DNA from: an uncultured Gemmatimonadales bacterium
GTDB taxonomy: Bacteria; Pseudomonadota; Gammaproteobacteria; Pseudomonadales; IMCC2047
Assembly (NCBI GenBank): GCA_964195105.1
Contig: CAXMOT010000106.1
Coordinates: 1-58,042, forward strand
DNA length: 58,042 bases
Reading direction: 5' to 3'
Shown: piece by piece, positions 1 to 8,024 of the stretch
Numbering within the stretch: the first letter of the stretch is position 1
Layout of the letters: the number at the start of each line of letters is the position of its first letter
Program-made: the position numbers and the translations under genes
The notes under the pieces: model-generated
What the model saw: the letters and a program-made list of their open reading frames with translations, nothing else
Told to the model about the DNA's origin: nothing
The model's database searches: none

Positions 1-1450
1 CTATGACCTTCTGCCCGGAAATCAGTGCTGGCGGTGCTGCACGTAACTTATCACCCAGTGAGGCTCTATCGCTCGTGGTGATGCAACGTTGCCCGGTTAC
101 GAAATAGCCATGTTGGCGGTAGAGCCGCTCAAGTTCGGTGAGAACGGTTTTGCCCTGCGCCGCAAGCTGCGCCGTCATTTGCGCGAAGGCCAGTAATGCC
201 GACAAGCCGTCCTTGTCGCGCACCAGCGTGCCGATCGCATAGCCGATGGCCTCTTCATAGGCGAACAGGAATTCATGGTCGCTATCCTCGAGTTGCAACG
301 CGATATTCGCCAGCCACTTGCACCCGCTCAGGGTTTCGTAATAGTGCGCACCGTTTGATTCGGCGATCGACTTCAACATGCGTGAAGAGACTATGGTGGT
401 GCCAATTAGCGGAGTTTTGCCGGGTGATCCACTCGCCAGGTTTAACAGGTAATGTGCGAGCAACACACCGACCTGGTCGCCGCTAAGCATCTGGTAGCCG
501 CCTTCGTCATTTCGCGCCGCAACCGCCAGGCGATCGGCGTCAGGGTCCGTGGCGCAGGCGAGGGTGGTCTGGTGTTCCCCGGCTAACGCTATCACCGCCT
601 TCATTGCTACGGGATCTTCCGGGTTCGGAACGTCGACAGTAGGGAAGCTACCATCCGGCTCGCGTTGTGCCGCGACCGTATACACTTCGTCAAATCCGGC
701 GCCACTGAGCAATGATTCCGCCATCTCGGCCCCCACGCCATGCAACGGCGAGTAGGCGATACTAACGGTGCTGGTATCGTCCGGTTGCTTGAATAACGGT
801 GAGGCTAATACGGCGTTGCGGTAGGCCGCGTAAAATTCTGCTCCCAGTAGCTGGATCCTGCCACAGTCGCGGGCTGCAGAAAACGCCATCCAGGGTATGT
901 CAGTGATTGCTGCCTGTTCGATGGCTGCGGCGATTTCAGTGTCGAGCGGCGCAACGATTTGGGCCCCATCGTCCCAGAAAACCTTGTAGCCGTTATAAGC
1001 TGGTGGATTGTGACTGGCGGTAACCGTCACGCCTCCGGCTGCGCCAAGCTTCGTTATGCCGTAACCGCAAATAGGGGTCGCCGCAACGTCTTTGGTCAAA
1101 TACACCCGGATACCGAGGCCGGCAAATACGCAGGCGGCGTCTTCGGCAAACTGGCGGGAATCAGTACGGCCGTCAAAGGCAATCACAACTCCGCGCGAGG
1201 CCGCATTGGCGACCTTTTCCAGCAGGCAGGCGCCCAGTCCGGCAGACGTTTCCCGAATGACCAGGCGATTCATTCGGGCCGGTCCGGTACCTACTTCGCC
1301 GCGCAGGCCGGCGGTGCCGAATTTCAACCGGCTGCTAAAGCGGCGTGCCAGTTCGTCCTGGTTATCGGCATCGATCAGCGCTTCCAGTTCTGCGCGGGTG
1401 CGCGGGTCCGGGTCGCGCTGGAACCAATCTTGTAAAACCGCCTCTCTCAT
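1..1450 (-). CDS. alpha-D-phosphohexomutase family protein (phosphomannomutase/phosphoglucomutase-like); C-terminal end runs off the window
   Basis: Absent from the ORF track because it is open to the window edge. My reverse-strand translation from the ATG (complement of 1448-1450) reads MREAVLQDWFQRDPDP...FGTAGLRGEVG...VTVTASHNPPAYNGYKV...ACATDPDADRLAV. That includes the TASHNP phosphoserine loop and the DxDxDR metal loop. Confidence 0.85.
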   Translation of the reverse strand, partial: MREAVLQDWFQRDPDPRTRAELEALIDADNQDELARRFSSRLKFGTAGLRGEVGTGPARMNRLVIRETSAGLGACLLEKVANAASRGVVIAFDGRTDSRQFAEDAACVFAGLGIRVYLTKDVAATPICGYGITKLGAAGGVTVTASHNPPAYNGYKVFWDDGAQIVAPLDTEIAAAIEQAAITDIPWMAFSAARDCGRIQLLGAEFYAAYRNAVLASPLFKQPDDTSTVSIAYSPLHGVGAEMAESLLSGAGFDEVYTVAAQREPDGSFPTVDVPNPEDPVAMKAVIALAGEHQTTLACATDPDADRLAVAARNDEGGYQMLSGDQVGVLLAHYLLNLASGSPGKTPLIGTTIVSSRMLKSIAESNGAHYYETLSGCKWLANIALQLEDSDHEFLFAYEEAIGYAIGTLVRDKDGLSALLAFAQMTAQLAAQGKTVLTELERLYRQHGYFVTGQRCITTSDRASLGDKLRAAPPALISGQKVI

Positions 1451-1950
1451 TCGGATTCCTGAATAAGCTGCTGTTAATGATTGTGGGTAGAAGTCGTCAC
1501 TTGTTTTTTGATTACCGCTGCTTTTGTGTGCTGCCGCAAACGCTGAGCCGGGTCTGGCCGGGTACAAGTTTAAGGATAGCATGTTACCGCAAAATCAATG
1601 AAAATCTTCCTGGTGAGTTGTTTCCCGGAACGACACAGTGCACGGTAACGGCCGCGGCGGGCGCAATGCTAAGTTCCTGTTGAGCATCCTTAATTACCTG
1701 AAGGGCGAGTGGCGCATTTACGGACTTGTCGTGTACATGCCATTCTTTTAAGGGAGGTTTACACCCGGGTTGGGCCACAATATTTGACACTCCCGCAGCA
1801 ACGCCGAAATTGTCCTGGTAAGGACGGATATAGTTCTAGCTCTTGATGTTTTAACTGAGTACGATTAGCGCCACACTTGGCTAACTTTTTCGCTATGACG
1901 CAATGTTTATGTGCAAGCTAATCAAATAACACTCGCATAGTTAATCTACG

Positions 1951-2490
1951 TTGATTGCTAACAAAACTTCGAAAACTATGAATCTTGAATCTGACGGATT
2001 ATTGCAGCGGCTCTATGACTGTTATAAAGAGGAATTGATTCGTTATGCAATCACCCGTGTGGGCCTGCCAATACATGAAGCCGAGGACGTCGTCCAGAAT
2101 GCTTTCCTCCGATTATCCAAATCAGATGTTCAGTCGATCGCTAACCACCGGGCTTATTTGTACAAGACAACCTTTAACCTGGCGGTTGATTTAAAAAGAC
2201 GTGCCAATGTGAGGGGCGAGCACGCCAATGAATCGGATATCGATGCGTCGGTATATCTTAATGAGTTGGGTCCCGAGACAGTTGCCGGTGATCAGGAAAC
2301 CCTGGGGATAATCTTAGATGCGCTGCGGTTGATGCCGGCCAGGCGCAGGCTGTTGTTGATAATGCATCGCTTCGATGGGTTGTCCTATGCCGAAATTGCC
2401 CGGCACGTGGATTTGTCTGAGACCGTTGTCCGTAAACATATATCGAAAGCATTGGCGGATTGCCAAAGAGCGCTAAAAGAAACTGAATAG
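1951..2490 (+). CDS. ECF (FecI-like) RNA polymerase sigma factor
   Basis: 179-aa ORF with a sigma region-2-like N-terminal half (DVVQNAFLRL...YLYKTTFNLAVDLKRR) and a region-4 HTH (LIMHRFDGLSYAEIARHVDLSETVVRKHISKAL). It is co-oriented with a FecR-type gene. The ORF starts at TTG 1951; ATG 1978 is an alternative start. Confidence 0.9.
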   Translation: MIANKTSKTMNLESDGLLQRLYDCYKEELIRYAITRVGLPIHEAEDVVQNAFLRLSKSDVQSIANHRAYLYKTTFNLAVDLKRRANVRGEHANESDIDASVYLNELGPETVAGDQETLGIILDALRLMPARRRLLLIMHRFDGLSYAEIARHVDLSETVVRKHISKALADCQRALKETE

Positions 2491-2806
2491 GCGGTCGTTT
2501 CGATTGATTCCGAAAATTACCAATCACTGACGTTACACCGTTCTCCCGGGTTGATGGGCCTTCTTCTTCTCCCTCTCCATAATCACCTTACGCACTCGAT
2601 CAAATATCCTGTCTTTATCCTCAATAGGGGGGGGCGGATTAGCAGCAGGTGTGCGTCTTATCGTTAATATGTATTTGGGTAAAGAGTGGTCCTATGCTCA
2701 CATGTAACAAACTGTCTGGTGTGATATTCAGGGTGATATCCCGTGTGAACAAGTCGACTGTGCGCCTCACGAGTCATTTCCCCAGGGAAATTTCAAGCAC
2801 TAATGC

Positions 2807-2878
2807 AAAAGGTTGTGGCGTTTATTTATTCCGTGTTGCCCACGGGATACCTCACCCCCTGACGCCACAACCTTTTTT
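2807..2878. repeat. long inverted repeat / hairpin (14-bp perfect arms, 42-nt loop) flanked by A and T runs
   Basis: AAAAGGTTGTGGCG (2807-2820) is the exact reverse complement of CGCCACAACCTTTT (2863-2876), and T's follow. It sits in the insert between the intact sigma gene and the sigma-4 remnant and could act as a terminator in either direction. Confidence 0.5.
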
Positions 2879-3103
2879 ATTGCTGCATGGACTTGTGCGA
2901 TGAAAACTATTGAGAGCATTTGTGATAATTGCTTATGGAAGCCGGACTGCGGTTATTACGCTCGTCGTGAACTGTGCACGGATAGACTCAGTATAGTTCG
3001 CGACAAATCCCCGAGGGGAGGGCCAAGCACATTAAGGCCCATTGCTTTTCAACCCGTCAAAGACCCGCAACGGTCATAGCTACGGTGCGTCACAATTTTC
3101 AAT

Positions 3104-3424
3104 ATGGCGGTCGATTTGAATAAAAGTGAACATGCAAGATCCGGGCAGGGTACGGAAACTGCTGCTGGTGAATCACGAAATGTTGAGGGGCGAGGTCCGG
3201 AGCCGATTGTTGGACTTCACGAGGGTATGGCAGTGATAGCAGATGCGCTTCGGTTGACGCCGTGTAAATGCAGGGAACTGCTGATAATGCATCGCTTTGA
3301 TAATCTGTCATATGCTGAAATCGCCCGCAGCCTGGATTTGTCGGAGAGCGTTGTCCGAAAACACATTTCAAAAGCATTGGCGGACTGCCAAAAGGCGCTT
3401 GCCGGAACCAATCAGTCGGTATGA
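3104..3424 (+). pseudogene. 5'-truncated duplicate of the ECF sigma gene (region 4 only)
   Basis: The 106-aa ORF aligns to residues ~77-179 of the 1951-2490 product. DALRLTPCKCRELLIMHRFDNLSYAEIARSLDLSESVVRKHISKALADCQKAL versus DALRLMPARRRLLLIMHRFDGLSYAEIARHVDLSETVVRKHISKALADCQRAL gives 43/53 identical by hand count. DNA similarity is visible from about 3085 onward. No region-2 equivalent lies upstream. Confidence 0.65.
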
Positions 3425-3621
3425 GCGGGATAGATACGCCGTAAACCGGCTCGAAGGAAAAACAGCGGGGAAGGTTCAGGCAATCAAGGGCTGGAGCTTT
3501 CTGCAAACAGGTACATCGAGATCATTTTAATAATACTGGATCGCAACGGCCGAAACGCTATGGCGTCTGTGATACGCTGGCAAGAAGCCGGTCGATCCAA
3601 TACAATGCGCGCGATCAGCAA

Positions 3622-4707
3622 GTGGCAACTATTATGAGTACACCAAACAGCAAGAGTACAGGGCAAATCGATCAGCAGGCGGCTGATTGGTTCACGCTGC
3701 TGCGCTCTAGCGAAAAGACCGTTGATACCGAGATGCAGTTCAGCGAATGGCTGGGCGAAACTGCGGAGCACGGCCACGCCTATCGGCGAATCGAGAAGCT
3801 TTGGGAAACGCTGGGTGAGTTGGCAGCAACGCCTGAGCTCGAAGCGCTGCGGCAGACCGCTGAAGTTGACGATTCGAATATCCGGCCTGAACAACAAACA
3901 CATGTTTCCGGAGGCTGGCTGCAAGGCTTTTTTACATCTCTGTTTGGACATAAAGTCGGCTTCGCAGCGCTGGCGAGCCTGGTCATCGTGACCGCTGTAT
4001 TTATGTTTCCCCGCACAGCGGATGAAATTGTCGTGGCATCCCATCAGTCGCTCACCGGGCAAATACTAACGGTCGAGTTGGATGGCGGGAAAACCCTGGT
4101 TACCCTGGCTCCCGAAACACAGATCAAGGCCTGGACGACGCCGACGGAGCGACACGTGGAATTGCTGAATGGTGAGGCATTTTTTGATGTCGCTGGAGAT
4201 CGCCAACGGCCCTTTTTTGTGCTCGCCGATGACACCCTGATAAAGGTTGTCGGTACCCGGTTCGATGTGCGCAAGGGAACTGGCCTGGTAAGCGTAGCGG
4301 TTCTGGAAGGCGTCGTGAATGTGACTGAAGCGGAGCGGGCGGGTGTTAGCGGGCCTGCGCGAGCAAGCGTAGTGCTTGGCAAGGGCCAACAGGTGGTTAA
4401 GCCTGGAAACAAAGCGTTTGAGCCTGTTACAACGATTTCTGCCGCAGAACTCGGGGCGTGGCGCGGCGGGCGCCTGGTATACCGGGATACCGCGTTGCTG
4501 GACCTGATATCCGATGCTAACCGCTATTTTGATGGAACGATTTCATTAGCGGAAGATGATCTTGCCGACCTCAGGGTGACAGCGACGATCCGTACCGATC
4601 AAGTGGCGCATTTGCCGAAGATGCTGGCCCAATCGCTACCGATCACGGTGCAGGCGCTCGCTGAAAACCAGTTTGTGATATCGCGCTCCAGACCTGAAGC
4701 AGATTAG
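3622..4707 (+). CDS. FecR-family anti-sigma factor / transmembrane sensor
   Basis: The N-terminal anti-sigma segment (DQQAADWFTLL...FSEWL...AYRRIEKLW), a central TM segment and a FecR domain (GEAFFDVAGDRQRPFFVLADDTLIKVVGTRFDV) are all present. The ORF starts at GTG 3622; ATG 3634 is an alternative start. Confidence 0.9.
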   Translation: MATIMSTPNSKSTGQIDQQAADWFTLLRSSEKTVDTEMQFSEWLGETAEHGHAYRRIEKLWETLGELAATPELEALRQTAEVDDSNIRPEQQTHVSGGWLQGFFTSLFGHKVGFAALASLVIVTAVFMFPRTADEIVVASHQSLTGQILTVELDGGKTLVTLAPETQIKAWTTPTERHVELLNGEAFFDVAGDRQRPFFVLADDTLIKVVGTRFDVRKGTGLVSVAVLEGVVNVTEAERAGVSGPARASVVLGKGQQVVKPGNKAFEPVTTISAAELGAWRGGRLVYRDTALLDLISDANRYFDGTISLAEDDLADLRVTATIRTDQVAHLPKMLAQSLPITVQALAENQFVISRSRPEAD

Positions 4708-5230
4708 CTCCGCGGCCCTTTGGGGCCGTGGATCGTCGATATCAATCGGGACTATTTCCATCTGCGGGGGCGGATCTGCCCGTCGAACACGTCTATATAG
4801 ATGTACCGCTTTGGTGGTGCGATTATCCTCCCTCAGGATCCGTCAGCGTTATGCTGGCGGTCTTTTTTTTGCATGATGGTCGGTTGTGCGCGCTCGTAAA
4901 AAAGGTGAGAATGTGCCACCAAGGCGTGGTGGTAGCAACAATAATAAAAACCGGGTCGATCCCGAGAATTTACCGCTGATGAACGGTCGGCCATTCCGAG
5001 CGTTGTTAAGCGGGTATCGCTAATTAGAAAAAACAGGATCAATGTTGGCGGAAACGCTGTTTCGACCATCCCGGTTGCGACAGGATTATTTCGGTAACGC
5101 GACGTCGAACAGGTCGGCGTTGTCCTTAATATAATATCGGAAATTTGAAATGCCACTTACCAACTCCGCTAAATTATACGTGGCCTCGGATACACACGAT
5201 TTTAATCTCGACACTAAAGGGGAAGAATGA

Positions 5231-6712
5231 ATGAGTTCAATTGAGAACGCAGACGCAAAACAAAAACAGAGGACGATACTCGGGATTACCGCGGTAGCCG
5301 CGTTGGGCGGTTTACTGTTTGGTTATGACACGGGCGTCATCGGCGGTAGCCAGCTTTACTTCACCAAGTATTTCCAGCTGTCGTCCGGAGAGCAGGGCTG
5401 GGCAGTGAGTAGCGCTCTCTACGGGTGTTTGTTTGGTGCGTTGGCGAGTGGTTACCTGACCAAGGCGATTAGCCGGAAATATACGCTAATTATTGCCGCG
5501 TTCCTGTTCGCTGTATCAGCCTGGGGTTCGGGCATTGCGGATTCACTGACCGAACTGGTCACTTATCGCATCATTGGTGGACTCGGTGTGGGAATGGCGT
5601 CGATGGCCGCCCCCATGTATATCGCGGAAATCGCTCCCCCGAAGGAAAGGGGAAAGATGGTGTCCTATTACCAACTCGCGGTGGTCATTGGCTTCTTCGT
5701 GGTGTTTTTGGCAACCTATGTTATTGGTGGCGGGGATACCGGAGAACTGTCGGCGGCAGAACTTGAGCAGATCCACCACCATAATGTTACGGACGGATGG
5801 CGCGTGATGTTCTGGTCGGAGTTAGTGCCTGCCGTTTCATTTTTCTTCCTTCTGTTCCTGGTACCCCACAGCCCCCGTTGGTTGATGCTCAAGTCCCGAC
5901 ATGAGGATGCCAAAAAGGTACTGGCAAGAATCACTGATAGCGCAGAAGAGGCAGCGCGGGAATTTGAGGAGATAAAACTTTCGCTTTCCGACACCAAAAA
6001 ACATCACAGCGTGAAGCTGTTTTCCAAAGTCATGCTGCTGGTACTGTTCATCGGCGTGATGTTGTCAATATTCCAGCAGATCACCGGTATCAATGCGATT
6101 CTCTATTATGGTGCCGAGATTTTTGCCAACGCACTCGGATATGGTCCTGAAGACGCGCTGAAGCAACAGCTTTGGTTGGGCGCCGTTAATCTCGTGTTTA
6201 CCTTTATTGCGATTCACAAGGTCGACAGCTGGGGCAGGAAACCGCTGTTCATTATTGGTACCATCGGGATGTTTATTGGTCTCATGGTGCTGGGCTTGAC
6301 AATCTATACGGATCATAAGGGCGTGCTTTCGCTGTTGGCAATCCTGGTGTTTATCGGCTCGTTTGCGATGTCTATGGGGCCTGTCGTGTGGGTGATGTTA
6401 TCGGAGATTTTCCCGAACAGAATCCGTAGTGTCGCGATGTCTATCGCGGTCGCAGCACAATGGCTGTTCAATGGCATTGTGGCCAACAGTTTTCCATTGG
6501 TAAATAACAGCGCGCTTAACAATGAAAGCTTTAACGGTGCGTTACCCTACTTCATCTTTGCTTTCTTTTGTGTGGTTACCATGGTGTTCGTCTGGAAGCT
6601 GGTTCCGGAAACCAAGGGCAGGACCCTGGAAGAAATGGAAGCGCTCTGGGATGACACCATCACAGCGTATGACGAATTGCCCGAAGCCGAGTCGAGCGAG
6701 CCCCGGGCGTAG
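5231..6712 (+). CDS. MFS sugar porter family transporter (sugar or polyol:H+ symporter)
   Basis: 493 aa with sugar-porter signatures LLFGYDTGVIGG, PHSPRWL and PETKGRTLEEME, and a 12-TM-like hydrophobic pattern. Confidence 0.88.
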   Translation: MSSIENADAKQKQRTILGITAVAALGGLLFGYDTGVIGGSQLYFTKYFQLSSGEQGWAVSSALYGCLFGALASGYLTKAISRKYTLIIAAFLFAVSAWGSGIADSLTELVTYRIIGGLGVGMASMAAPMYIAEIAPPKERGKMVSYYQLAVVIGFFVVFLATYVIGGGDTGELSAAELEQIHHHNVTDGWRVMFWSELVPAVSFFFLLFLVPHSPRWLMLKSRHEDAKKVLARITDSAEEAAREFEEIKLSLSDTKKHHSVKLFSKVMLLVLFIGVMLSIFQQITGINAILYYGAEIFANALGYGPEDALKQQLWLGAVNLVFTFIAIHKVDSWGRKPLFIIGTIGMFIGLMVLGLTIYTDHKGVLSLLAILVFIGSFAMSMGPVVWVMLSEIFPNRIRSVAMSIAVAAQWLFNGIVANSFPLVNNSALNNESFNGALPYFIFAFFCVVTMVFVWKLVPETKGRTLEEMEALWDDTITAYDELPEAESSEPRA

Positions 6713-6763
6713 GTCAGAAGGAGCTGAAATGAGGCCTGGCGGCAGTCATTATTCGATTGCAGC

Positions 6764-7813
6764 GTGCCCATCAGTGCTGATCGCGATTCTGTGATCAGCA
6801 CTGCGGTAATCGGCTGCGGTTTTTCCGCCAGGACATTTCATATTCCGTTCATCCAGGCATCGCCGGCGCTGCAACTTGTGGCGCTGAGCACTCGCCAGGG
6901 TGAGCAGGCGAGGCTGGATTTCCCGGATGTTGCCGTTTACCCAGGCGCGTCAGAATTGCTAAGTGATTCTGACGCGCAGCTGGTAATCATCACCGCACCG
7001 AACGACGTTCACTATGAGCTGGCTTTGCACGCATTGCAGCAGGGTCGGCATGTTGTCGTGGACAAGCCGTTTGTAACGAGCGTAGCAGGGGGCGAAGAGC
7101 TCATCGCCGTGGCAAAAGATAAAGGCCCGGTCCTGTCGGCCTACCATAATCGCCGCTGGGACGGCGATTTCCTGACGGTAAAACAACTTATTGAACGCGG
7201 GGAAGTGGGCGAAGTGCATTATTTCGAATCCCACTTTGACCGGTTTCGTCCCCAGGTAAGGCAACGCTGGCGGGAGCAACCCGGGCAGGGAGCCGGCATA
7301 TGGTTCGACCTGGGCCCGCATCTGCTTGACCAGGCCGTCTGCCTGTTCGGTATGCCCGAAGCGCTTACGGGCCGCTGCGGGACTTTACGAGAGAATTCCT
7401 GCGTAACCGACTACTTCCATGTCCAGTTGCATTACCCCAGGTGTGAAGTCGTGCTACATGGCAGTCCTTTTTCTGCGGGCCCCAACGCGAGGTTCCAACT
7501 CCAGGGCAGCCGCGGAAGTTATGTCAAGCAGGGGCTGGACCCGCAGGAAGATCGCCTGAAGGCGGGCGTAACTCCGGATTCCGCGGACTGGGCTGCAGAA
7601 GCACCCGCAGACGTTGGACGACTCTATACCGAACACGGTGATGAAGATTATCCGACGAAAACCGGGGGCTATCAGCATTATTACAAGGAACTGGCGGACG
7701 CCATTGTTTGCGGTGGGGAGCCTCCGGTCACTGCGGAGGATGCCTTGAATGTGATCCGTTTAGTCCTGCTCGCGCAACGCAGCAGTGAGCTTGGTAGAAC
7801 GCTTACCCTTTAG
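6764..7813 (+). CDS. ydgJ: Gfo/Idh/MocA family oxidoreductase, YdgJ-like
   Basis: N-terminal Rossmann segment (VIGCGFSARTFHIPFI) and a long stretch matching my recollection of E. coli YdgJ (HNRRWDGDFLTVKQLI...GEVHYFESHFDRFRPQVRQRWREQPG...GIWFDLGPHLLDQA). Confidence 0.8.
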   Translation: MPISADRDSVISTAVIGCGFSARTFHIPFIQASPALQLVALSTRQGEQARLDFPDVAVYPGASELLSDSDAQLVIITAPNDVHYELALHALQQGRHVVVDKPFVTSVAGGEELIAVAKDKGPVLSAYHNRRWDGDFLTVKQLIERGEVGEVHYFESHFDRFRPQVRQRWREQPGQGAGIWFDLGPHLLDQAVCLFGMPEALTGRCGTLRENSCVTDYFHVQLHYPRCEVVLHGSPFSAGPNARFQLQGSRGSYVKQGLDPQEDRLKAGVTPDSADWAAEAPADVGRLYTEHGDEDYPTKTGGYQHYYKELADAIVCGGEPPVTAEDALNVIRLVLLAQRSSELGRTLTL

Positions 7814-8024
7814 AGTATCCTTGGGATTCGGGCTGGAACAAGCATTATCAAGGGGAATATCCGTTCCCGCCATATCCGGGGTTATAAGTTGGAACCTGCA
7901 TGGGTTAGAATAGGCGCGACCCACGGTCCTTCTGCCATTCACTTGCGCACTTTGGTTATCATTCAAAACGAACTTGTTGTTTATCTCTGCTAACTGTCAT
8001 GCAACAGCCAGATTGCCCCGCCCA

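Noticed and set aside
1451-1950. Looked for a Fur box upstream of the ECF sigma gene, and considered the 68-aa ORF at 1584..1790
   Set aside because: Only weak AT-rich similarity (AATCAAATAACAC) to the GATAATGATAATCATTATC consensus. The small ORF has no motifs or RBS.
2900-3079. 59-codon ORF MKTIESICDNCLWKPDCGYYARRELCTD... with a CxxC...C pattern
   Set aside because: It has no ribosome-binding site that I can see, sits in the apparently inserted DNA between the sigma copies, and matches no family I recognise. It is kept only as context for the duplication finding.
7974-8024. Upstream TTG/GTG-extended starts in the ORF track (7974, 25079, 32272, 35286, 38343, 39260, 56444 and others)
   Set aside because: In each case an internal ATG or GTG with a better Shine-Dalgarno gives a sensible signal peptide or family-typical N-terminus. 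The extensions add implausible leaders.
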